Below are positions 45,350 through 54,730 of a DNA stretch of 55,760 nt, in pieces. The first letter of the stretch is position 1; every line of letters starts with the position of its first letter. This DNA comes from a virus (taxonomy: Duplodnaviria > Caudoviricetes). The stretch spans positions 1 to 55,760 of IMG/VR virus record IMGVR_UViG_3300048538_000042. One strand, written 5' to 3'. Below the pieces are notes generated by a model, which saw only the letters and a program-made list of their open reading frames with translations, was not told the DNA's origin and did no database searches. A program made the translations under genes and the position numbers.

Positions 45350-45985
45350 TTAAACGCCAGTAGTCGAAGGAGTACCAGCCACAATCGCGCCATTGGCGGA
45401 ATTGAAACTGTTATTCAGTCGAACAATTAATGGAATACCAGCCGCTGTGTAGTCTTGGTTCTCAGGATCGTCCTGAATTCCCATGATACGCAAATGTAGC
45501 GCAGCGGTGGCGGCGATTGTGCCTACGGCTAATTTAGCAGACGAAATACCTGTGGTTGTTGAACCACTTGCAGCTGTCGCAAAGTTAGCGTTTGCAAATA
45601 CATGACCACGAGCAGTTGCTTCGCTTGTCAATGTACCATCAGACGTGATGACGAATGTTTGCATTGGGTTGTCATACACGAAGGCTTTGACCGGATGATT
45701 AGAATCCGCGCCAGAACCGGGCCAGTAGTTTGAGAAAATTTTCTCACCATTGGTCGACGAAACGTATTCGCATCCCCAGAACACACCAACCAGACCTACA
45801 GTACCCCCTGCTGCCGCACCAACTATGTCAATAAAACCAGTTGAAAGCGGAATAACAGGAGAACCTTGATAGATCGCGTTAGTATTTCCAGAGGCGATAC
45901 GATACTCGGTCGCACCAGTGGTGTTCGCAGCCTGACCGACTACGCCAACCGGACGAAGTCCGAATGCACCGTTAGTGTTTGCCAT
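45350..45985 (-). CDS. Capsid-associated structural protein
   Basis: AFGLRPV...GVFWGCEY; immediately upstream of the capsid gene. Confidence 0.7.
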   Translation of the reverse strand: MANTNGAFGLRPVGVVGQAANTTGATEYRIASGNTNAIYQGSPVIPLSTGFIDIVGAAAGGTVGLVGVFWGCEYVSSTNGEKIFSNYWPGSGADSNHPVKAFVYDNPMQTFVITSDGTLTSEATARGHVFANANFATAASGSTTTGISSAKLAVGTIAATAALHLRIMGIQDDPENQDYTAAGIPLIVRLNNSFNSANGAIVAGTPSTTGV

Positions 45986-46002
45986 TGTAGCAATCCTCTA
46001 TT

Positions 46003-46461
46003 TTAATCAGAGTCGCGTCCGCGGCCTCCGAAAGTTACACGACTTTGCCGATTATTTTGAATCGGCATTGAAGGATGTTGTTCCTTCATAAGGTCCTGAT
46101 CTACAGCAGTCATCTGTTCGCGGGTTCTGCCCCCGTAATATGCAGTTCGTTCTGCTACTGTTTCTTCAGGTATACGGCACAGCATCAGCCCACCTTGTCC
46201 GATAATGCCCTCGTAACGACCATCGTCGATAGTTGGAGCTTCGTAGTCTGGATACTCATCCTTACGAACAGGTTCCCATCCTTCGCGAAGTTTCGCATTA
46301 ACATTCATCTTGTCTTCTTCGCCGCGCATTGCGACTCGAATCCATCGATGCACAAACCCATCAGGTGCGGGCGGTGCGGAAAGGTGACTGGGCGGTGCCC
46401 ATGGTTTTCTGCGCGTTTCTGTATCGCGGGTTTCGCTTGCGCGAGGTTTTCTATCAGCCAT
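46003..46461 (-). CDS. Conserved head-region protein
   Basis: WAPPS.L.AP...RWIR...REGWEPV...GGLMLCRIP. Confidence 0.8.
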   Translation of the reverse strand: MADRKPRASETRDTETRRKPWAPPSHLSAPPAPDGFVHRWIRVAMRGEEDKMNVNAKLREGWEPVRKDEYPDYEAPTIDDGRYEGIIGQGGLMLCRIPEETVAERTAYYGGRTREQMTAVDQDLMKEQHPSMPIQNNRQSRVTFGGRGRDSD

Positions 46462-46465
46462 GTTT

Positions 46466-47362
46466 TCAATCCTTCACATACTTGGCGTATTCTTCAAGAG
46501 GTACGCCGAGCTTCTTAGCAATCGCTACTTGTGAATGCGTCAGCTTGACCGACCTGCGCCCCTGTTTAGTGCTGCGGGATGCGGAGTTACCAGCAGAAGC
46601 GACCTGACTTCCTCCACCCGATTTCTTAGGCGTTTCGAACTTGTGAGGAAACTCACGCCGAATACGACTATCTATTGCAGTATAATACTCATCGGTCTGC
46701 GGGTCAAACCCCTCTTCCTCGATAAGTTGTTGGTTAATTGCAAACGCCGCCATCGTCATAACGCGGTCATCTCCAAACCATGCGTTTTTTTCCGCCCAAG
46801 CCTGTGCTTTAGGATCTGGGGGAGCCTGTTGCGGCTGCGCCTGCGCCTGCGGTTGTGCTTGCGGCTGCACCTGCGGTTGTTCCTGTTGACGTTGAACTTG
46901 CAACTTAGCCTGTTGTTCCGCCTTTGTTTTAGCCGATGCGTATCTCTGCTTTTCTACAGCGATTTTTGAAATCAACTCTTGAGCTTCCAGCATCTTATCC
47001 GTATCGCCGGACTCATGAGCCTCTTTGTATAGCTGCTTTGCAGATACAGTCTGGGACTCTAAACGGTTTCCGTACTCGTTCAAATAACCTGAGTCTAGGG
47101 ACTGAACACGGGACTTTAGCTTCTTGTTTTCCTCAATCAACTGCTGAGAAAGACGAACAGCCTCCGATTTATCCCGCTCTTCTTGACGGTACTTCTCCGT
47201 GAGCTTCTTTATTCTACTTTGGACACCCTTACTATACGAGTCCAGTTCCGACTCCTCAGACTCCTGCGCTGGTTCTTCTACCTTTACAGGGGATTCTTGC
47301 GCCTCGGCCTGAGTCTCTTCCTCAGTCTCTACAATAACTTCCGGTTCTTGTTCTTCAGACAT
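46466..47362 (-). CDS. Putative capsid scaffolding protein
   Basis: Acidic coiled coil; C-terminal IAKKLGVPLEEYAKY. Confidence 0.75.
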   Translation of the reverse strand: MSEEQEPEVIVETEEETQAEAQESPVKVEEPAQESEESELDSYSKGVQSRIKKLTEKYRQEERDKSEAVRLSQQLIEENKKLKSRVQSLDSGYLNEYGNRLESQTVSAKQLYKEAHESGDTDKMLEAQELISKIAVEKQRYASAKTKAEQQAKLQVQRQQEQPQVQPQAQPQAQAQPQQAPPDPKAQAWAEKNAWFGDDRVMTMAAFAINQQLIEEEGFDPQTDEYYTAIDSRIRREFPHKFETPKKSGGGSQVASAGNSASRSTKQGRRSVKLTHSQVAIAKKLGVPLEEYAKYVKD

Positions 47363-47372
47363 AACCTACCTC

Positions 47373-47861
47373 CTATACATGCTTGATATCGTCCGGCTCT
47401 AAGAGCGTTGCGATAACTTCGTCATCATTAATAATGCGAACCTCACCGCCATCGATCTTAAATCGAGATCCAGAATACCGACCAATACACACCCACTGAC
47501 CTTCTTCGCACCAGGGTTCCCCCTCTGGACCGAACTTATCAGTGTCTTTGTATGCCAAAGGACCGAGCTTCATCACATAGGCCACAACGGTAGCCACAGA
47601 TTCGCGCTCTCGGATCTCATCAGGGATGTATAAACCACTCGTTGTCTTAGCTTTACCTTGATAAGGCATAACTAAAACCCGCCAACCTGTGGGCTGCGGG
47701 AGACGTTCGAGTAGCGGTTTGTCTAAAAGGGACGGGTCTAGCACCCGTTCATTAGCGTCAACATATGCGCTTTTCAAAGACTCCGGTTCGGCTTTCGCCT
47801 CCCCCTTCTCTTTGTTAATTTTCTGCGCAACGTGTTCAGGAAGATATAAGGTCTTCGACAT
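47373..47861 (-). CDS. groES: Co-chaperonin GroES-like protein
   Basis: PTGWRVLV...TTSGLYIPD...RYSGSRFKIDG.EVRIINDDEVIA. Confidence 0.85.
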   Translation of the reverse strand: MSKTLYLPEHVAQKINKEKGEAKAEPESLKSAYVDANERVLDPSLLDKPLLERLPQPTGWRVLVMPYQGKAKTTSGLYIPDEIRERESVATVVAYVMKLGPLAYKDTDKFGPEGEPWCEEGQWVCIGRYSGSRFKIDGGEVRIINDDEVIATLLEPDDIKHV

Positions 47862-48048
47862 CGTCTACGTTTCTCTCCAGCAGGGCCTTAATTTCTTCTC
47901 GCGCAAAAGAGAGGCCCCGTATCTCTCCTACCGACATTTTGTACTGTTCCCAGTCTTTGACAGCACCACTTGCAAGAGCATCGGAAATTGCTTTCTCCTG
48001 CTCCTCAAGTTTCTTATACATGTACTTTGCCCAGTCGACAACATCCAT
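47836..48048 (-). CDS. Hypothetical protein
   Basis: DWEQYK..VGEIRGL motif, coupled. Confidence 0.8.
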   Translation of the reverse strand: MDVVDWAKYMYKKLEEQEKAISDALASGAVKDWEQYKMSVGEIRGLSFAREEIKALLERNVDDVEDLISS

Positions 48049-48425
48049 TATAAGTTATCCTTGTATTCTCCTTGTAGGTCGGATGTAATTGGACCACCCT
48101 CCGCCCACTCGTCACATGTGTTTTGACTACTACACACGAATTTGAGCAATTGGCAATACCCAGTGTCTCCAGACTCATCCCCAATGCACTCTTGCATGTC
48201 CTCTGTCTGGTTATACATCCCGCAAGTTCCGCAGCTTTCATCATTGCGAAATGCCACAGAGGTATTGGGCTCACGGTAATTGTACTCGTACCTCGCCATG
48301 TCACGGTTTTCCATGTTCATGTCTTCGTCCTGAGTAGGAAGAGGGCAAGAACTGCCCTCCTCATTCTCTGTCATCGTATCGACAGGTATACCATCCGGTA
48401 AAATGCTGATCATAATTGTAGGCAT
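48048..48425 (-). CDS. Cys-rich protein with HiPIP-like cysteine spacing
   Basis: CGTC...GYC...C..W. Confidence 0.7.
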   Translation of the reverse strand: MPTIMISILPDGIPVDTMTENEEGSSCPLPTQDEDMNMENRDMARYEYNYREPNTSVAFRNDESCGTCGMYNQTEDMQECIGDESGDTGYCQLLKFVCSSQNTCDEWAEGGPITSDLQGEYKDNL

Positions 48426-48676
48426 TAGTACGTCTTCCCTCGTTTGGAGTTGCTACGGACATCGCCGCCCATAGAAAACTTTTGAGTCTTTTCGTCTAGC
48501 ATATCCTCAAAAATCTCTGGGTTTTTACGCAACAATTTCTCCACCTCTTGCGCCATAAACCCCTGTTTTCCAGCGCCAGGGCTCTTTGTGTGACCCATGG
48601 CTTCCGCGCCTGTCGCACCAGACATAAACCGATCTAGCTGCTCTCGGGTAAAACTTGGTTTTCTTTTCTGTGGCAT
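48425..48676 (-). CDS. Hypothetical protein
   Basis: 83 aa, AGGA RBS, FSMGGDV motif. Confidence 0.7.
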   Translation of the reverse strand: MPQKRKPSFTREQLDRFMSGATGAEAMGHTKSPGAGKQGFMAQEVEKLLRKNPEIFEDMLDEKTQKFSMGGDVRSNSKRGKTY

Positions 48677-48684
48677 TGGCTGTC

Positions 48685-49161
48685 CTAATCTATAAGTTCA
48701 AAATGTGGACCATCAATAAACGGACGACGACCCTGTGATCTGCGTAAGTCTATGTACGCATTCATTGCTTCTTCCATTGTACCTTCCCACTTGCGAATAT
48801 CCATTGGATACGGCATCTCAGGTGTGCCCCATGCCGCACCCCAGCATATAGGAACATTTAGCTGAGTTGCCGCCTCTTTGATCGCATCAGCAAGGTCATC
48901 ATAAACAGACAATTCCCAACTCGCCCTCCCATTTATGAAGGCCATAATGTCAAAAGCCTTACCCTCAAGGTGCTTAGACTTCATCGTCTGACTGGCACCC
49001 TTGGCAACAAGCTCTTTCTGCTGCTCGATGGTTCTCATCCCCTGAACCACACCGAAATCAGTCTTAGTCAAAGTTATAGCCATCTTGATCACAGCCTGTA
49101 ACCCGTCATCAATGCCCTCAAGCCTGTCAAGGCTACGTCTACTTAACTTAAACTCGCTCAT
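48685..49161 (-). CDS. Endolysin, M15-family peptidase
   Basis: G.RT..QQ...SKH..G.A.D, WG..W, DGPHFEL; GAGG RBS before ATG 49161. Confidence 0.9.
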   Translation of the reverse strand: MSEFKLSRRSLDRLEGIDDGLQAVIKMAITLTKTDFGVVQGMRTIEQQKELVAKGASQTMKSKHLEGKAFDIMAFINGRASWELSVYDDLADAIKEAATQLNVPICWGAAWGTPEMPYPMDIRKWEGTMEEAMNAYIDLRRSQGRRPFIDGPHFELID

Positions 49162-49162
49162 G

Positions 49163-49552
49163 TTACTTCCTCTTAAAGAATGCCTGTGCCCCACGCACAC
49201 CGAAACTTGCGCTTATGGCAATACCTAAACTGTAAAAATACCAGTCCGGCGCTTTGGAAAGCTGCTCGAACCCACGGTCGACCCATCCTTCAGCACCTGG
49301 AATAAACGCCAAAATCAACGGAATAGACAGGACAATTACGAACCATTCGTCTTTCCAGCTTGACTTAGCGCCCTCTGCCATAATGCGCTCCCAGTCGGCA
49401 ACGCTTGTCTCTTTTGACAACAGTATCTGCGCTTTCGCCTTAGCCTCTGTAAGCTTCAACTCCGCAGCGGCAGCGTTCTTAGCTGCTTTGCCTTGTAGCC
49501 ATGACCCGGCTAAATCTGCTATCGGACCCAATGCGGCTGTAAAAATGCTCAT
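49163..49552 (-). CDS. Holin (3-TM, GTA-holin-like)
   Basis: SSWKDEW followed by TM segments and ASFGVR; directly upstream of the endolysin. Confidence 0.75.
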   Translation of the reverse strand: MSIFTAALGPIADLAGSWLQGKAAKNAAAAELKLTEAKAKAQILLSKETSVADWERIMAEGAKSSWKDEWFVIVLSIPLILAFIPGAEGWVDRGFEQLSKAPDWYFYSLGIAISASFGVRGAQAFFKRK

Positions 49553-49737
49553 TTCTCAGACCCCAGCCACACGGCAAACGCGCCAGTCATGGCCCCCGAG
49601 CAGATGCTAATCATTGCGGATTGTTGCGTGGACAAATCATCCAAGCTCATTCCCCACTCCAAAACGCGTATATACATGATCGTCATAACCAGCATCATAA
49701 GACGCGGCATGATCTTCCAAGCTAGTAATTTTTCCAT
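49549..49737 (-). CDS. Small two-TM membrane protein (lysis-associated?)
   Basis: Two hydrophobic segments. Confidence 0.75.
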   Translation of the reverse strand: MEKLLAWKIMPRLMMLVMTIMYIRVLEWGMSLDDLSTQQSAMISICSGAMTGAFAVWLGSEK

Positions 49738-49738
49738 G

Positions 49739-49993
49739 TCAAACCTCTATGTTCAACTTCGTTCCCTGCGGTCTATCCGCATTAGTCTTGCGGCCAAACC
49801 TATCATAACTTTCCTGTAAGTCCAATCTTTGCTTCTGGAGCCCCTCTAAATGGCTGTGGTTGGCCCTATGCTCTTTCTCTACCCTCTGCTCCGCTAAATG
49901 CGTTTCTATGCGCTCACGCGCTCTAGTTTGGGCGTGTATGTCGCTTCCCACATTAAACGGCGCGTTGCCTACTCCTGAAACACCATCAGACAT
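49739..49993 (-). CDS. Hypothetical protein
   Basis: Coupled ORF. Confidence 0.7.
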   Translation of the reverse strand: MSDGVSGVGNAPFNVGSDIHAQTRARERIETHLAEQRVEKEHRANHSHLEGLQKQRLDLQESYDRFGRKTNADRPQGTKLNIEV

Positions 49994-50436
49994 CAAATAC
50001 GACCCTGCTTTGCTAGAATAATAACCACCGTAATGCCAACCATAATAGAAACAATAATTACAGCGCCACCATAGATTACGATGCGCTCAACTATCTTTGC
50101 TTTACGCTTTCGCTCCGCTTCAGCTTTTGCTTTACGATCTTTCCTTGCTTGCACCCGTATAGCTTGCAACTCACCCCAAGCGCTAAAACCTCTGGTTGCA
50201 ATGACGATCTGCCTAAGTTCCTCCTCGGCGTCCTTGGCCCTTTGAAGATTCACAAACGTCTCCATTGCGTTTTCATCCGAGCCGGAAAACAAACTGTTCT
50301 TCTTTTTCTCATGCGCGGCGCGTAGCTCATCAACCCCGTCGAAAAACTCCCCGATCTGCTTGGTGACGTTTACAATTTCCTTGCCCGCAGACACCGCTGA
50401 CTTTACCGCCGCAAACGCTGTAAATGGATCCATCAT
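49993..50436 (-). CDS. Coiled-coil protein with C-terminal TM helix
   Basis: MMDPFTAFA...; C-terminal IVIYGGAVIIVSIMVGITVVIIL. Confidence 0.8.
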   Translation of the reverse strand: MMDPFTAFAAVKSAVSAGKEIVNVTKQIGEFFDGVDELRAAHEKKKNSLFSGSDENAMETFVNLQRAKDAEEELRQIVIATRGFSAWGELQAIRVQARKDRKAKAEAERKRKAKIVERIVIYGGAVIIVSIMVGITVVIILAKQGRI

Positions 50437-50597
50437 GTTACACGAAAGCTCCTCGGACAATAATAGTCGGGGCTAACGCGATACACGCGTTTGGGATACT
50501 CGTTATTACACTGGTAATGACACGCCTTATAGAACCAACTACCGTATCCGTTCACAAAAACGTGCCCGTATCCAACGAATACAAGCACACACAACAC
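50433..50597 (-). CDS. 54-aa Cys/Tyr-rich protein (MLCVLVFVGYGHVF...YCPRSFRVT)
   Basis: GTG start overlapping the upstream stop, GGAG RBS, ATGA overlap downstream; translated by hand. Confidence 0.6.
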   Translation of the reverse strand: MLCVLVFVGYGHVFVNGYGSWFYKACHYQCNNEYPKRVYRVSPDYYCPRSFRVT

Positions 50598-50794
50598 TAG
50601 AACTCTCCGACAAACCTCTGAGGTCGGGCTATCGGACTGAACCGTTTATTAACCGTGCCGCCAGAGGAATACTTCTTTTTCCCAGCATTGCTTAACGCAA
50701 TGGCAACCGCTTGCTTCTGCGGTTTTCCAGCAGCCATTTCAGTCTTGATGTTCTGGCTGATTACATCTTTAGATCTACCTGATTTGAGTGGCAT
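50597..50794 (-). CDS. Small basic phage protein
   Basis: MPLKSG.S..VIS.NI...[13 protein letters not shown]. Confidence 0.8.
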   Translation of the reverse strand: MPLKSGRSKDVISQNIKTEMAAGKPQKQAVAIALSNAGKKKYSSGGTVNKRFSPIARPQRFVGEF

Positions 50795-50795
50795 T

Positions 50796-53267
50796 TCACC
50801 CCCGCATCATCTTCTGTCGCTGCACCTCAATACGATCTTGATTAGTATCGTCCCGCTGGGCCGCGATGTCTTCTATGCTTTCAATACGAGCCGCATCCGT
50901 CGCCGCACGTTGCTGCATCTTATTCATCTCTAGCTGAATCTGAGCCGCATCGTCAATCGACTTACGCTGCAAGTCTTGCTGCTTTATCCCAAGCTCCTGC
51001 ATACGAATCTGTACCAACGGATCCTGCATAGGGTCCTCTCCCTGTGGAGTAATCTTCGGCATCAAGTCGTTCATCAACTGCATTTCCTGTAAAGCGACCA
51101 TCTTTTCGATCTCCTCCGGATTCTGCATCTGCTGCTGCACTTCCATAATCTGCTGCTGTGCCGTTTGTGGATCCACCGCGCCGGACTGAGCCATCAACTG
51201 CACTTGAGATATTAAACCCTGAACCTGTGTCATAACCATCTCACGAGCCTTCTTGGAAATATGCTCCTGAAGGTGCCCCATTAAAATTCCCATAACCTGC
51301 GGTGAAGTCATAACAATAGGCGTCTTCATAAACATAACGTGAAGTTCGATATGTGCGTCGTGGTCCTGACCATCAAACGCCATCAACAACTCACCCGTTA
51401 ACGCACGAGCGTTTTCAATTAACGGATCAAGTGGCTGCGGCTGCGGAGGCGGTGGCAGGATCTCGTCAATGTTCTGTACCTCCAGAGCCTGATACATGCG
51501 ACGGAACGCTGCGTGGAGGTTGTGTACCTGAGGATTGGACTGTGCCAACTGTAACTGCGTCTGAGCAAGCGTAACCCGCTGCGCCATAGAAAAGATGTTC
51601 GGGTCACTCACTGGAATCACATCAACACGACCATCGAAGTCCGCCGCCATGACCGTGCGATCCCCACCCGCTACATCATATGGGTACTCTTGAGGCAAGT
51701 TATCACGGAAAATCCTAGCTAAAACACGGAACTCGTTCTTCTGCGAATAGTGCAACCGTTTGTGAATAGCTGACATAACCTTCATGCCGCGCTCTAACAA
51801 CGCCACAGTAGTCCCTACAGGGGCCTCCTGGTTCATGTTTGAGGTCTGCTGGTCTGCCAGTGACACAAAACGTCTTCCGTTCTCCACAAGCGTTCCTAGA
51901 AGCTGTCCTAGCGTTGCGGAAGGCTCCTTATACGGCAGCGGCACAAGAGCATCCCGAATGTTGCCACCAGGAGCGTCAATGTCCCGAAATTCTCCAGGTT
52001 GTAAGGGTTCGTCATCATTACGAACCCTTACGCCCCGAGCCTTGAACCCAGCTGGGAGGTTTGCCAAGGTTCCGGCGTCGATCAACTGGCGAAGGATGCT
52101 GGTAGCTGCACGACCCAATCCACCAATCATGTGAATCAAACCAAAGCCATAGAACCCTAAACCAGGCATAAACTTGTAGTGAACAAAATACTGCTGCTTT
52201 TTAGCAAGATCCGCATTCTCTTCAAAATTACGACGTATCGACAGAATTTTCCCCGAACCCTCGTCAATCGTCACAATATACGGCAGCGCAATACCCGTAG
52301 GTTCCCCGTCAGGAGACATGTCCTCAAAACCTTCAAGGTCTAAGGCAACATGCATCTCTAAAATCGTATAGACCTCGTCAGTGTACCCCTTCGAAGTACC
52401 CTGAATGCTGTTGATTTTTTGACGAACCTCGTCCTCTTCTTCGTCGTACTTGCTGACTTCAACGTCACGATAGAACCCTGCAATCTGCATCTTGCGAAGT
52501 TCATTCGCGTCCATACGCAAAACATGAGTAACACGCGCCGCTGTGTGCAGATCAGACGCTGCATACGAAACAACCAAGTCTTGAGCAGGAACAAACTTAG
52601 AAACCGCTCTCTGCTTTGCTTCATCAAAGTAAATCTTCTTAAAACAAGAACCCGACAGCGGTAAATAAAACAAAAGCTGATCCATGTCCGGATCGAACTC
52701 TTCCATCACTTCCATAATCTGGTAGTTCATGAAGTCCTTGACTCGCGATGCCTGCTCCTCACGAGCCGCATCCTGCATACCAAGAACCTGAGTTTGAACA
52801 GGGCCACCCGCAGGTAGCAGTTCTTTATACGCCTGCGCCTGAAACTGAGTAACACTCTCACTAATTAACGGGTGCGTGACCCCAGAAGCTCCTTCAAACG
52901 GTTGGCTGCGCTCTTCGTACTTAACTCCAAGCTGATCCAAACCTTTTGTGTAAGTCTCTTCCCACTCTGAACGAGAGTCCATGTCATCTTCGTAAGACGC
53001 ACGAAGATCCGACGAAATTTCTCCAAGATAATCTTCACCCAAAAACTCCGCTAAGTTGTCGTTATGCGCAGGTTGAATCATCGATTCTTCCATCGCAATG
53101 ATCTCTTCAAGACTTCGAACTACTGCCCCACCTTGACCGTCTTCAACAACTTCGGCCCCATTAGGGAACATCTCAATCTGCTCCTCAACCGGAACCTCAA
53201 CAGACGCCTCATTCGGCATCATGTCCTCGGGACGAATCCCTGAATCTACAAGAGGTGGCAGTGCCAT
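50796..53267 (-). CDS. Portal protein
   Basis: 823 aa directly after terL; Gln-rich C-terminal barrel-like extension as in P22-like portals. Confidence 0.85.
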   Translation of the reverse strand: MALPPLVDSGIRPEDMMPNEASVEVPVEEQIEMFPNGAEVVEDGQGGAVVRSLEEIIAMEESMIQPAHNDNLAEFLGEDYLGEISSDLRASYEDDMDSRSEWEETYTKGLDQLGVKYEERSQPFEGASGVTHPLISESVTQFQAQAYKELLPAGGPVQTQVLGMQDAAREEQASRVKDFMNYQIMEVMEEFDPDMDQLLFYLPLSGSCFKKIYFDEAKQRAVSKFVPAQDLVVSYAASDLHTAARVTHVLRMDANELRKMQIAGFYRDVEVSKYDEEEDEVRQKINSIQGTSKGYTDEVYTILEMHVALDLEGFEDMSPDGEPTGIALPYIVTIDEGSGKILSIRRNFEENADLAKKQQYFVHYKFMPGLGFYGFGLIHMIGGLGRAATSILRQLIDAGTLANLPAGFKARGVRVRNDDEPLQPGEFRDIDAPGGNIRDALVPLPYKEPSATLGQLLGTLVENGRRFVSLADQQTSNMNQEAPVGTTVALLERGMKVMSAIHKRLHYSQKNEFRVLARIFRDNLPQEYPYDVAGGDRTVMAADFDGRVDVIPVSDPNIFSMAQRVTLAQTQLQLAQSNPQVHNLHAAFRRMYQALEVQNIDEILPPPPQPQPLDPLIENARALTGELLMAFDGQDHDAHIELHVMFMKTPIVMTSPQVMGILMGHLQEHISKKAREMVMTQVQGLISQVQLMAQSGAVDPQTAQQQIMEVQQQMQNPEEIEKMVALQEMQLMNDLMPKITPQGEDPMQDPLVQIRMQELGIKQQDLQRKSIDDAAQIQLEMNKMQQRAATDAARIESIEDIAAQRDDTNQDRIEVQRQKMMRG

Positions 53268-54730
53268 CAGTAATACTCCCGTTTACGACGATATTCGTCA
53301 TGTTCTTCTTCTTCGCCAAGCAGAGAAACAAAACCGCCCTGCCTAAAACGCATCAGTGCTAACGTCATGCTATCACAAAAGTCGTCATGATCGCCATTAG
53401 GAAATGAAACTACTTCTTCGATAACTTCATCCGCAAATTTCTTGTCATTTGGGGCCCATACTACACCAGCTTCGAACAATGGCGCAACCATGTGCATTCT
53501 AGTGACCTTATCTCGCCCTTTTCCCGGCGAAAATCCTAACGCAGGAATACCCCGAAGCCGCAACTCGTCAATAAGCGGTGTACCCGTCGCTTTCGCTTCG
53601 ACCACAACCATGTCCGGCTCCCAGTATTCGTGTTCTTCATGCGCAACCTCCTTCAGTTCAGGGAAATTCCACCGACCTCGCCGCGCATCTAACAATATCA
53701 AGTTGTCAGACCCACCCTCCTCCGGCTCAAACACGCCCCAAGTCGTAATCGCGCTGTAATCCGCCGATTCTTTCTTGGAAAACGCCGTATCATACGACTG
53801 AATGATGTATTTAACCGGGGGAATGTCCTTCTTATCCCACTCCTGCCACCATTCACGCTTAATAATTGCAGAATCAGAACTCGTCGGCGTCTGCTGCCAC
53901 TGCGCATTCCATTTTTGCACAGGCAAGGACGCCTTAATTCCCAATAATGCGTCTTTTTCCCAGAACTCAGGCCATAACGGCCTGTCTGACGGCAAAATAG
54001 CAGGAAATTCCACAACCTCCCACTGATCCGCCATGACATCACTGCCCTGCGCGGCCAATAAACGGCCTGTCAAGTCTTTTTTACCCCATCGAGTCATAAC
54101 AATTATGATCGCACCGCCAGGCTGAAGACGCTGACGGGGTCCAGAAGTGTACCACTCATACGCATTGTCAAACGCACTCTCACTCAAAGCGTCCTGCTCC
54201 GAGTGAGGGTCGTCAATTACAAACAAATCCGCACCACGACCCGTAACCGCAGCACCAACACCCGCCGCAAAGTACTCGCCGCCCTTGTCAGTCTGCCATT
54301 TACCCGCGCCCTTGTTGTCTTCCTTCAAGTTAGTATCAGGAAAAATATCCTTATATTGCGGATCATCTATTAAATCTCGAACCTTACGACCAAACCTAAC
54401 CGCTAACTCCGTGTTGTGCGTAGCCTGAATGATCTTTAACTTCGGATTTCGGCCCAAAAACCACGCAGGCATCAAAAAACTGGCAAACTCAGACTTAGAA
54501 TGTCGAGGAGGCATGTTGATAATCAACCGCTTCAACTTACCCTGCGCAACCAACTCCAACTTTTCAGCAATAATACGATGATGCTGGCCCTCAATAAAGT
54601 TCTCGTACACATGATGAGCAAACGGCATGAAATAATCATGCGCCTTTTCACGAGTATCCAGCTTCTTCTTGGCCTCTGTTAAAGCCAAAATCTCCTTTAA
54701 GGCGTCCTCGGGAAGTGCTTGTAAGTTCAT
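53267..54730 (-). CDS. terL: Terminase large subunit
   Basis: LIINMPPRHSKS, TGRGADLFVIDDP, VMTRW, SYDTA, FPNGDHDDFCDS. Confidence 0.95.
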   Translation of the reverse strand: MNLQALPEDALKEILALTEAKKKLDTREKAHDYFMPFAHHVYENFIEGQHHRIIAEKLELVAQGKLKRLIINMPPRHSKSEFASFLMPAWFLGRNPKLKIIQATHNTELAVRFGRKVRDLIDDPQYKDIFPDTNLKEDNKGAGKWQTDKGGEYFAAGVGAAVTGRGADLFVIDDPHSEQDALSESAFDNAYEWYTSGPRQRLQPGGAIIIVMTRWGKKDLTGRLLAAQGSDVMADQWEVVEFPAILPSDRPLWPEFWEKDALLGIKASLPVQKWNAQWQQTPTSSDSAIIKREWWQEWDKKDIPPVKYIIQSYDTAFSKKESADYSAITTWGVFEPEEGGSDNLILLDARRGRWNFPELKEVAHEEHEYWEPDMVVVEAKATGTPLIDELRLRGIPALGFSPGKGRDKVTRMHMVAPLFEAGVVWAPNDKKFADEVIEEVVSFPNGDHDDFCDSMTLALMRFRQGGFVSLLGEEEEHDEYRRKREYY

